A stretch of DNA of 60,519 bases from Ministeria vibrans ATCC 50519 (taxonomy: Eukaryota > Protista > Filasterea), in assembly GCA_943704425.1 (NCBI GenBank), contig CALSCP010002675.1, positions 43,709 to 104,227 of the forward strand, written 5' to 3'. The notes under the pieces were generated by a model. It was given only the letters and a program-made list of their open reading frames with translations, was not told where the DNA came from and made no database searches. Made by a program: the position numbers and the translations under genes. Each line of letters starts with the position of its first letter. Position 1 is the stretch's first letter. Of the stretch, positions 1-11,188 are shown piece by piece.

Positions 1-790
1 TCAGCTCAAGGGAGGAGAGTGGCCGTTGGTTAGCGTGCAAGCCCCCCGTTGATGTTGCGAAGGGCGGTAGAAACGGGGTATGCGGGGGCGGGAGGGGGGG
101 TACACGACGGTCGTGCACCCATGCTGGCAGATGGGGGTCTACTTGCACTACCATGGCGCGTCGAGCCATGTTCACTGCGTCAAGCTCCTCCTCGACGAAG
201 GCTTCGAGATCGCGCGCAAAAACCTCGTCGAAGTGAGCGCCGGCCGCGCCTGCATGCTCCGCGTCCGCTGCCACGTTGGCAAACGCGTCAGCGAGGACCT
301 GTGCGCCGTCCGATGCACTCGTGACGACTGCACCCTGGCCACCCAGCCCATCTCTTAGGCCCGTCTGACCGTCTCTCAGACCCCCTGGGTTGAGTATGTC
401 GTCGAGTTTGTTTCCTCTACCATTGATGTTGCCTCCCGTCTGATGCTCTGCAGGAGCGCTACCTGGCTTCGCTGTCTTGAGCGACTTAAGGCGCGCCCAG
501 TAGATTCTCATCTGATGCTCCTTCGAGTGCAAGCGCGTGTCGGCATCCCAGTCACCCTCGGCCGCCCGAGCGGCAGCTGCGACCAAACCCTCCAGCTCAT
601 GCTTGAGGTCTCTGTATGCCGCGTACAAAGGTGCGTCGCCCAAATGCCTCCTTGAGCGAGCGTGAGCCTGAGCCACACGCTTTCTCAAGGCTGCGAGTCG
701 CGGCGTCGCGCTCCAAAAAGCGCGACGCCCTAGTCGCCCGGTCTCATTGACCGCCATGTGGGCCAGGTACCGTCCGCGCTTCCTCGTGCG
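1..790 (-). mobile_element. 5'-truncated non-LTR retrotransposon (LINE) ORF2 fragment, region preceding the RT domain; runs off the window edge
   Basis: My translation of the minus strand from 790 is open to base 1 (absent from the ORF track because it has no stop): FWSATPRLAALRKRV..LYAAYRDLKHELEGLVAAAARAAEGDW..YWARLKSLK..GAQVLADAFANV..QRPLSSLEL. This is the pattern of the LINE endonuclease-RT linker just before RT. It starts abruptly after TTCTT. Confidence 0.7.
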
Positions 791-817
791 AAGAAGAATA
801 TAACCAACCCATTTATT

Positions 818-928
818 AATGATACAGTCACCACGCGAAGACACACGCCAGACCGCCTTGCAAACTCAACCGAAACTCTATAGAGGTAACATGAGAGAAC
901 AGTGGCAGGTCAGAGTGCTGTGTTGTCG
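818..928 (-). repeat. Dispersed ~110-bp repeat, copy 1 (putative retroelement 3' tail)
   Basis: Clearly similar to 57063-57170, sharing AATGATACAGTCAC, CTTGCAAACTCAACCGAAACTCT and TCAGAGTGCTGTG. AATAAA on the minus strand at 812-817. Confidence 0.75.
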
Positions 929-1436
929 CTATGCAGTGAGGCAATCACAATGGTTCGCCATACCCCCTGTGGAGGCTTAGGGCTCTGACAACATGGAAGG
1001 TGTCTGTCGGCAAGGAGTGTAAAGTCGAAGTCGTGTGGTTGAAGCAATCGGATCGGTGGTCGGCGGCGGCAAGTCCAGGTGCCTGCGGGGCTCTATTAGA
1101 AGAATAAGAAGAAGACATTTCCAACTTTAATAAGAAATTAATAATAAATTTATTATAATAATAATTTAATAAGAATCGAGAGGTGACCTGAAACAGCTGT
1201 CGAATGAGACGCAATTGATCGATCGCAATTCTATGCCACGACAGAATCGAGCTAAAATTCATAAGAAGCTGACACCGGCGAGCATCATTGGTACATGTAT
1301 TATAACGGACGTCAAGGGCACTTGTCTCGAATGATCTTTTCAACAATACACGCTGGCGATCAGTTTTAAAGTGGTTCCTGTTTCACACAATCAATAATAA
1401 TAATAATAATAATTATTATTAGTATTAAATCATTCA

Positions 1437-2373
1437 ATGACAAGAAGGAATCTGCCGGGCACGAAGACGGAAGACTTTCATGCGTGGGAGGCCCAGACGT
1501 TCTCGGACATGGATTCGAGCCTTGCAACGCAGCAGGTTGGTGTTTTTCGGGTTTGAGCAAACGACTCGAGTGAATATTTTGGTCTTTCCGCCTTTGGGAA
1601 CAGTTGATTCAACAGCGGATTAAGGCCGACAACAGTGCTATCGACGATATCCTTGAGTTGCCTGCGTCTCACGATGTAGGAGTGTGGCAGTATGAACAAT
1701 TGAGGTAAATCGACTTTTTTTTTTTTTTTTTTTTTTTTTCTCTTTTGTCGTTTTGAACGATTCTCTTTGATAGACAATGCTGTTTGGAACTTAACGACTT
1801 GCTAGTACGTCTGGGCGAAGAGTGCACGGCGGAATCATGCCCGAAAATGAAGGTATTCGTTTGGTTTGAGGGCAGACACGGACGAAAGACTGTCTCTCAC
1901 TCAGTCTGTCTCTCTCCCTTTGTCTCTTGGTAGGCAACCGAGGAGTGGAGCTTCCTGTGCGCCGCCCACAAGCAACCACAGGAGTGCAGTGCCCAGGACT
2001 TTGCCGCCCACACACTTGATGCGGCGACGCAGGCGCTCAACAACGCAAAGCTGTTCCCGTCGCGTCTCACCGTGCCCGCCGCGTCCCTGGCGCACTGTCA
2101 GATCCATGCCCGCCGAGTTTACCGCATTTTTGCCCACGCTCACTTCCATCATCGAGCTCTTCTTCAAAGCTTTGACGTACGCTCCCGTTGTGTCTTCTTC
2201 CGTCTTGTGCGTCGTGTGTTGTATCTGACATGTTGACTTAGAACGAGCGATCGCTTTTTCCGCGCTTTGTCAAACTCTGTAAAGTGTACGAGCTGATGAG
2301 CGACGAGTTATTTATTGTTCCTACTGGCGACGGCGATGACGACGAGGAGGAGACGGACGAAGAAGGGAGCTGA
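1437..2373 (+). CDS. MOB4: MOB4/phocein (STRIPAK subunit), 5 exons
   Basis: Spliced translation [95 protein letters not shown]../[16 protein letters not shown] matches phocein motifs. GT-AG introns. Confidence 0.92.
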
Positions 2374-2632
2374 GCAAGAAGAGAAAAGTTGAGAAAATGA
2401 ACTGTATTTTGGTATTTGTGTGCAGCACACTGAGAAGGATTGACAAGTAACAACGTCTGGATTCATATCCTAAGTGATCGGAATAATCGGATGGAACTGT
2501 GTCAATATAGTGCATGGACAAGAAAGATTTGTGGTTCTTATCTCAATTTTTCAGAATAACTCTTCAAATTATTATTATTTCAATTTTCAAATTTATTTCA
2601 CTTTGTCGACCCTCTGCAGACGACTCTCAAGC

Positions 2633-3589
2633 ATGGCCTGGCGATCGCACGGGCGCGACAACGCCGACCTGATAGCACAACTTCAAGGTGTGTAAAAAAA
2701 AAAACAAAAAAATATATTTCACTCTCTCTCCTTCGGAACAGCAAACGGAATCATTAAGACCGACTGCGTTGCCAGGGCCATGCGTCAGGTTGATCGCGCG
2801 GATTACGTGAAACGCGGCAGGGCCTACGAGGATGCTCCTCAGTCGATAAGGTGGAGTGAACTTGAGAGTGAGTTGATCGTCAACGCAAACAGTCCTCATC
2901 AGCTGTGCTTCTTCACACAGCTACAATGTGACCATATCAGCACCACATATGCACGCGTATGCCCTTGAGAGTCTCTGCGAGCATTGTATCAAACCCAGCG
3001 CCAAAATCTTGGACGTGGGCTCTGGCTCAGGCTATCTTACTGCGTGTCTCGCACTTCTGGGCGAGACCAACGACTCAACCGTTGTCGGTAATGCAACGAG
3101 ACATATTTTGGTGCTATTTGTGTCTCATTCTTTTTGAAGCACAGGCATCGAGCATATTGGCCAACTTGTGGACGAATCGCGTGCCAACGTACGACGTGCT
3201 CACGGCGCTCTTTTGGATTCGAAGCGTGTCATTCTGGTCACTGGCGACGGCCGATTGGGCTTCCCTGACATGGCCCCTTACGATGCAATTCACGTAGGGG
3301 CAGCATCTGAGCGAGAACCAGAAGAGGTACATCAAGTGAAGGGGAGAAGCAAACAAACAAAAAAAAAAACGAGAGGCGAAATTGTTTTGAGTTTCTTGCA
3401 TTGCAGTTGATCGGACAACTTGCGCCTGGGGGGCGTCTCTTTGTGCCGGTGGGAACCCACGACCAGTCGATCATTGTGTACGACCGAGCGCCCAACGAGC
3501 CTTTTGCTGTGACACGCACTCCAATCATGGGCGTGCGCTACGTACCACTGACGGATCGAGATTCCCAAATTAATCGGCGCGGCTTGTGA
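2633..3589 (+). CDS. PCMT1: Protein-L-isoaspartate O-methyltransferase, multi-exon
   Basis: [92 protein letters not shown]. Confidence 0.95.
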
Positions 3590-4129
3590 AAACTGAACCG
3601 TGAGGAAAAGATACATCTCCGTCTTAAAGCTGAGAAAGAATGTCATAGTAGTGAAACTAACAATATAAAATAGAATACGAATACTGTATATACAAAAAAG
3701 TTTAATACATACAAAACTTGCAAGAGGAAAACTGTGTGTGAAACAACGAACAGTTGTCAAAGACCCCATTGGCTTTCCCGCCTCCGTCTTCCAGGAACGC
3801 ACATGAACCACTCGCATCACATCATGAGACAGACCAGCAGTCGACATCATCCATAGTTCCCTTGACTCTGCTCCACACTTTGACTGCCATGTGACTTGCT
3901 CCAGCGTGCTATAATGTGTTTCCATCTCGCTACAATAAAGTGAAGCAGAGACAAAGCACAATAAGGTACAGTCTGCCTTGGGAGGAAACGTAGGCACCTC
4001 CAGGCGTGTCTCGCATCTCCAAGGTCACCTGACGCTTGATGCACGGAGCGTTCCGTGAAGGGTCTGACTATGTGTCATGTTTTGACTGATTGTGCAGTCT
4101 TCCAGAAGAGCATTACCAGCAAGTCTGCT

Positions 4130-7100
4130 CTACACACCGTCCTGTTCCGCCACATCCGCAAACTTGCCTAACTCGTCTTTAAGTAGCTTGCGTATGAACA
4201 ACCCTTCCTGCGTGAAATTCTTCGGCGCCACCGAGTGATTGGAGTGGGTCATGATGAGAGCAATGTGCCGACGAGCAAATGCAACCTGATCGGGGTGGTG
4301 GCAGCTCGCATTGTGCAACAACCGCTCCCGCATCGGCTGCGTCGATGCCAAAAACTGGTCCACGTCAATACCACATTGACGCAGAACAACCTCCCGAAAG
4401 CGAGGATGCGACGGAGGTATGGACGAGAGGGCTATCACCTCAACTTCGGCGTCAGAAAGCTCCATGCTGCTGCTGTTGCTGCTGCTCCTCGGTGCCTCGT
4501 CGGGTGTTGTCTTTGTCGCTGTTTCGTCTGCTGCTGCTGCCTTCGGTGTGGCGGTCGCGTCAGCGTTTGAAGTCACTGCAACAGTTGGCGCTGAGGCGGC
4601 AGTGGCATCTACGACTGTACCACTCTTGACGGCAGTGGAGACACCCTCTAGACGTGTGGATGGTGGCGGTGGTAGTGTGGAGTTCTTGGGCGCAACAGAC
4701 GACTCGGCCAAGAGAATCCTCGAGAGCTTGGACGCCTCGTAGATGACGCCGTAAAGAGACGTTTTTTGCTTCGGTTTCCAAAAACGCACCCAACGACCGC
4801 CCGACAGCTCCGCCTCAAATGTCAACACCACGCCATCACCCTCCGAGAGCCCCTGTGCATTGTGCATGACGATCTTGTAGAGCCGTGCCGCAGGCGAGTC
4901 TTCATTCAGGGCCTTCTCCACAGCAATCTCCACCACGGTTCCCGCGTCAATCAGCTTGCGAACGTGATCGTTAGGCATGGGCCGCTTCGACACAATGTGT
5001 ACAATCGAAGGCCAGTCCTTGACGTTCGCCACACATGACTTGTCGGCGCTCGAAAAGATGCGAAATGCCACGGCAATCGTAGCCTTTTCCGACAGAGTCG
5101 CATACTGTTCCACACCCTTGAGTACACTGAGCGTCTGCTTACCCAGCGCAAGTCGGACACGGCAAAGTGGCACCGAGCGATTCTCAGTGTCCACAGGCTT
5201 CTGCGACATTTCGTTGTGCACCTTGGCCTCCAGAGACATCTCACGCAAAGAATCAGTCGGCAGCATGTCGCTCACATACACAGCGTGCACGTACTCAGCA
5301 GGTATCTTGCGTGATTCATACACATTGGGCAGAGCCTCCGTGGGATCCGACGTGGCTTGGAGCGTGCGCACGGGTTTAGACTTGGACTGAAGCGCCAATG
5401 CTCGCTCAAACTTTTCAACAACGGCAAGAGCGCCATCTTCAGGCCACACGTCGCACAAATCACCAGTGAGATTGGACACAGACTCGCTCCTTGGCAAAGA
5501 GCCCTTCTCCGAGATGGCCACAGCACGGCGATAGTACTCGCTGGCACGAGTGTAGTCGCCTTGTGCCTTGAGCACAGCACCCATGCAGCTTAGGGTGTTA
5601 CCCGTGTCTCGGTGGTCGGCGCCCAAGGACTTCTCTTGGATGACGAGAGCATGCTTATAGTTCTCCAGAGCACGTGCGTACTCCGTTTGTTCGCGGTACA
5701 CATCGCCAATGTGCTTCAATGCAGTGCCGCTGGACAAGTTCTGGCGGCCAAGTGCCTTATTAAAAACGCCCAAAGCACGCTCGAGGAACTCCAGAGCACG
5801 CGAAAAATCTCGTTGATGCTGAAGCACTCTAGCTATGTGGCTCAACGTATCGCCTGTGTCTGGGTGGTTGGGACGAGGAGACTTCTCATACATCGCCAAA
5901 GCACGCTCAAAGTACGCGAGAGCACGACTGTCGTCTCTCTCCGCCTCAAACACACCAGCAATAATGCACAGTATCTGTCCGGTGGACGCTTCAACAACGG
6001 AGCCGGTCAATTTCATAGGATTTGGTCGGCCCAACGCAAAGAATTCGACGGCGCGAGAGTACATTCCTGCCACTTTGAACACAACAATCATGTTTTTCAA
6101 CGTGTGAACCGTGTCGGGGTGGGAAAGGCCAATGGATTTCTCAAGGACAGCCAAAGCACGCTCGTAGTAATCGAGAGCACGCTTGTGTGCTCCTTGCACA
6201 AGGAACACAGCAGCCATGTTGTTCAATGTGCCGCCTGTGGATGGGTGGTCGGGACCAACAGACTTCTCATGGATGGCCAGAGCACGCTCATAGTACTCAA
6301 GAGCACGACTGTAGTCTCCTTGTGCCTGGAACACACCAGCAAGGTTGTCCAATGTGTCGCCTGTGGATGGGTGGTCGGGACCAACAGACTTCTCACAGAT
6401 GGTCAGAGCACGCTCATAGTACTCAAGTGCACGACTGTAGTCTCCTTGTGCCTGGAACACACGCGCCATGTTGTTCAATGTGTTGCTTGTGGATGGGTGG
6501 TCGGGACCAAGAGACTTCTCACGGATGGTCAGAGCACGCTCATAGTACTCCAGCGCACGACTGTAGTCTCCTTGTGCTGAGAACACACCAGCCATGTTGT
6601 TCAATGTGCTGCCTGTGGATGGGTGGTCGGGACCAAGAGACTTCTCATGGATGGCCAGAGCACGCTCATAGTACTCAAGAGCACGACTGTAGTCTCCTTG
6701 TGCCTGGAACACACCAGCCATGTTGTTCAATATGTCGCCTGTGGATGGGTGGTCGGAACCATGAGTCTTCTCACGGATGGTCAGAGCACGCTCAGAGTAC
6801 TCCAGCGCACGACTGTAGTCTCCTTGTGCTTGGAACACACTCGCCATGTTGTTGAATGTGTCCCCTGTGAATGGGTGGTCGTAACCTAGAGAGGTCTTAC
6901 GGATGTCCAGAGCACGCTCATAGTACTCAATAGCACGACTGTAGTCTCCCTGTGCCTCGAACACACGCGCCATGTTGTTCAACGTATCACCCAAACAGGA
7001 CGGATGAATAGACGTCGCCGAGAGCTGCTGGATGCTCATCAAACGCTCGTTGAGTTGCAGGGCACGGCTGTACTCGCTCAATTCACACAGAACATTGACC

Positions 7101-9497
7101 ATGTTGTTCAACGTTTCACAAGTTGACGGATGGTCGGGACCAAGACAACTCTCCTTGATGGTCAGGGCACGCTCATAGTACTCAAGAGCACGACCGTAAA
7201 CTCGTCTTGCCTCGAAGACAAAAGCGATGCGATGACAGGTCTTACCCATCTCCTCACCGCCAATGCTCGACTGCTCTTCTTGAATCGCAAGTGCCTGGCC
7301 ATACACCGCCAATGCTCGCAAGTAGTCACTCTGACGCTCGCACACATCACCCAATGAGACCAGTGCGTGTGCTCCCAACACACACTCCTTGTCATACACA
7401 CATTCACATGCGCTCTCAGCCGCAATCCTTGCCAAATGAAACAGTGCCAACGTCTTCCACATCTCACTCAACCGGACACTCAACCAAACAACATCCGCAT
7501 ACTGCTCCGTCTCACCACCCCTCCGCCTTCTCTCCACCTCAGCACACGCCCGATCCATCACTCGCATTCCATGCACTCCCACTTGTCGTCTCCACTCCAC
7601 ATCCTGATGAATATTTGCACCATCGCCAACCTCCTCCTGCAACACTCTTCCCACCCTCCGCAACTCACTCCACATCTCCTCCTCATCTCCAAATGCCACC
7701 ATCCGACACACATCCTGTACCAACGGATGCATCAAAACCACACCCCCATGAACATCTACCACTGACACTCGACACAGCGCTCCGAGTGCAACATCAAACG
7801 CATCCTCATCCGCCTCCTCCTCCTTCTTCCTCTGGCCCATCACCAGCAATCGCAACACCTCCACTTCCATTCCACCCCCTTCCAGAAATCCCATCACTCC
7901 AACCATCTTTTGCACCATCTCCTTCCCTCCAATCTCCATCGCTCGCGCCAAACTCGGCTCGTACGTCGCCACCACTCGATCTTCTAATCCTCCTCCTCCA
8001 CTCCTCTTCTTCAACGCCTTCAATCTGTCTGCCTCAATCCGTGCGCGATACTCTCCAGCACTCACATGTGGCGTCGCTGCCAGATACGCTGTTGCCAAGT
8101 CAAGCGCCAATGGTATTCCTCCCAACTGCTCAACAATCGTCTTCAACTCCTCATCTTCGCCTCCTCGCTCGGGCAATCGCTTCCTCATGAACTCCATTCT
8201 TTCCTCCTCATCAAATACCCCCAACTCCACCGGTGCGTCTAACAACGCCCCCAATTCATCCACTCTCTGCAATCGTGTCGTCACAACCATCTTTCCCTCC
8301 ATCACTCCACCGGGCATCATCGTCTTCATCTCGTCTGTGATCACATCACATCCGTCCACCACCATCAACCATCCTCGTTCGTGCGCCAGCCATTCCTTCA
8401 CTGCCGCCACCACCTCATCGTCCTTCGCATTCCTTGCGTCTACATGATTAAGTGGGATGTACCGCACTGCCTCCCGATACGATCCCATCATCGTCGTCGC
8501 ACTCGTTCCCTGCACCCAAATCACCGAGTGGTACTCATGCGCATTCCGTCGCGCATATTCCGCCGCCAATGTGCTCTTCCCCAATCCGCCCGCAGCAGAT
8601 ATCGTCACGTTCCCACTCTGCTTCAATCGCGCCTCCAACTGCCTCAACTCCTTCTCGCGTCCCGTGAAACTTGCCGGCACAGCAGGCACCATGGCCAGCC
8701 TGTCACGCGCCTTATACTGGTTGAGAAACAACAGAAACTCCCCCGTGTTGTGAGACGCACGCCAGGGTAATCGTGATGAAAAACACGATTGACGAAAGTA
8801 GTCGAAGCTGTCGCCTGGGTAGGCAAGTCGGGTGTTGGCGATAATGGTCCTCATTTCCACATTGACTCGGTCTGCGAGAGCGCCTACCGTCACCCAGTCC
8901 GGCGCGGAAACGCCACTTGTTGGACTCCAAAGAGCGCGGCGCAGAGCAGAGTGCAGAAGGGTGCCGTTTCCCAGCGCGAACGAGGAGCTGGGTCCAATAC
9001 AGGAAGCGAGGCACTGATAGCTAGGCTGCTCGCTGTCGAGCGGTGCCATCATAGCCGCATCATCGCCGGGCTGAATGCGGAGGCACACATCAAGAGGCTC
9101 ACTCGACTCGAGCGCCGCACCTGAATGACACGTGTCGAGTATGACCAAAACGTTTCGCCAAGGTGTCTGACGGTCCTCGACGCCAAGGGAATCTCGAAGC
9201 ATGTCGAGGTTGTAGAGGCCAGAGTGAGTCTCTCGCGACACGTCGTACTTTTTGCTGCCGAGCGCAATACCAAATCGCTTGTCGCCGTCAAAAACTCCCC
9301 GACCAACAAAGGCAACAACGAGCTCGGCGCGCTGCAAGCCAGCAACGCGTGCGTTCGCTTCCTCACAGACAAGATGAATCTTCTCGTGCGTGGCACCGTG
9401 AGGCAACCACACCAGCTGTCCACTTCGCATTGCGTCTTCCAGCACCTTGTCGTCATCAACGTTGCGTCGCCACTGCTCGCCTTGGGTATTATCGTCG

Positions 9498-9528
<31 letters not shown>

Positions 9529-10552
9529 CGTCGTCGTCGTCGTCCTTGCAGCTGCCTGAGTCGGTATCACAGAGAACAGTAACGTAGAAGCCTAGAAGGA
9601 TGAGGTCGACTGCGAGTTTCCGGAGGCCTCCTGCCACGCCCGAAATGGTCGGCAAGCCGTCTGTCGTCTTGTCGAATTTGATGCGGCTGAACAACAGTGC
9701 CAGGCGGCAGGTTGGAGGTGAGCGTGGGGGCAGAATTGTGCTGATGGTGGATCTGGTGTCGTGGAAGAAAGGATCGGGAAAAGAAAAAAAGAACTCGCCA
9801 GGATGGAGCGAGTGGTGCCATGGAAGTTGCGAGAAGGCAATCTGGATGCCATCGTTGGTGGCGTTGATGCTCTCGACAAACTCTGACAGGAACATCTGAT
9901 TTGTTCGCCCAATCTGCGAAGCGAACGCGTGTGCAAAGACAGAGCCGGCCTCTCTCCTCATGGAAGGGTCGGACGTGACCCAAATGCACTGAAGCACCTT
10001 GCCTAGGGACAGGCGTTGGCGTTCCAGCAAGTTCGTTTGTGCTCTACAGCGAATGTTCGTGATGAAATTGAGTTGACGTCTCATCAATGTATTTATTTGC
10101 TCTTACGCGAGTGCCAGTGGCGTGGTGGCAAAGCAAGGTTCCAGGCCAAGTGGGTTGGACGAGTGGGACAGCGCGAACACCAACAACATTTGGTCAAACG
10201 AGGCCGCTAATTGCATGTCTCGCACTAAGTCGCGCGGCGAGAAATTCGCGTGGAAGAAGTCTGCGTCACCAAGCAAGACGAGCACAAAGCGATCGATGGG
10301 GGTTGGGTCAGTGGGCGACAACGTGGCGACGCGGCTTATCGCATGAAAAAGGCTCGCACGAGTGGTCCTTGAATGGGCGAGAACTACTGTCGGATACAAA
10401 GGAGAAGTAGGCGGCACGGGACACTGCAGGACAGTGAAAGAGCCTCGAGAAGCAAGCCGGCTGGCAAAGAGCGCGGCGGTGTCCGTCTCGGCTTGGGTTT
10501 GGGAAAGAGCACAAACGACAGCGTACAAACGCGAAGGAGCGCCGGTGGACAT
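4130..10552 (-). CDS. NLR-like STAND protein: degenerate caspase fold + caspase (C14-like) fold + NB-ARC + TPR array + unknown C-terminal region
   Basis: Exon 1 (ATG 10552 to 10107) splices in frame over a 63-nt GT-AG intron (10044-10106) into the 1985-aa ORF. Motifs: VILDTCHSG (caspase-type Cys), Walker A AAGGLGKST, Walker B WLMVVDGCD, GGIPLAL, LMHPLVQD (MHD-like) and 42-aa TPR repeats. The start codon is uncertain. Confidence 0.85.
6190..6990 (-). repeat. Coding tandem array of 126-bp (42-aa) near-identical TPR units
   Basis: GGATGGGTGGTCGG recurs with 126-bp period (about 6239, 6365, 6491, 6617, 6743; a variant near 6869). Protein unit HPSTGxTLNNMAxVFxAQGDYSRALEYYERALxIxEKSLGPD. Confidence 0.95.
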
Positions 10553-11188
10553 GCTTGATCTGCTCTTGTGTATGATTTTTAAGGCACGCTGGTTTGCCAC
10601 GGGTAAAAGTAGCGTGAGCGACTAACAGTGAAAGAGCAAAAAAGAATTAATTTTTTTTTCGTCAGTCGACACAGACGACTCTTTGTTGGACGAATAGTTG
10701 GATATATTCCATACATACTCCGTATCTTCTTATACTCTCAAGTCTTAACTGCCAACTGGGATGTGGTAACTTCATTGGTCATTTAATTGAGAGTCACAAA
10801 TACGCGATTATCAGACTCTGAATTTTTTCGACAATTCCTTCGACCAAAACGAAAAAAACTGCTTTTTGTGAAACTGCTTTTGCAAGAAACTTGCACTAAC
10901 ATCCTAAGTAGACTGTAGATACTCACTAGTCACTAGTGAGCAGTGTGTTGATGAATGTGGTTTGTCCGATGGCGCACCCTCTTGTTATCTGTTTATTTGA
11001 TGACATGAATGTACAAAAGAAATACGGAGATTACATTATATTATAGAGAGTCGGGACTGAAAACGCTCTCTGTCCCACGCAAAGCGCATGACTCACATAC
11101 CCTCCTCCTGCCTAACCTCCCATAAAGTAAGTGAGTACATAGACATTCATTTAAAAACTGTGTGTGTGTATACCTTATAGCCTTTTCC

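Noticed and set aside
818-928. Hammerhead or HDV ribozyme in the shared repeat
   Set aside because: GAAAC is present, but I found no CUGANGA core in proper context and cannot support a fold by eye.
945-1346. 133-aa minus-strand ORF
   Set aside because: It crosses an AT-rich low-complexity tract and a repeat junction and has no motifs.
3600-4130. Possible small partner gene (for example a caspase substrate) or extra NLR 3' exons
   Set aside because: Some splice-like signals exist, but there is no recognisable protein and no convincing frame; it may be UTR.
6190-6990. CRISPR-like or non-coding repeat array; kinesin light chain
   Set aside because: The repeats are contiguous in-frame coding TPR units with no unique spacers, and they follow an NB-ARC domain rather than a KLC coiled coil.
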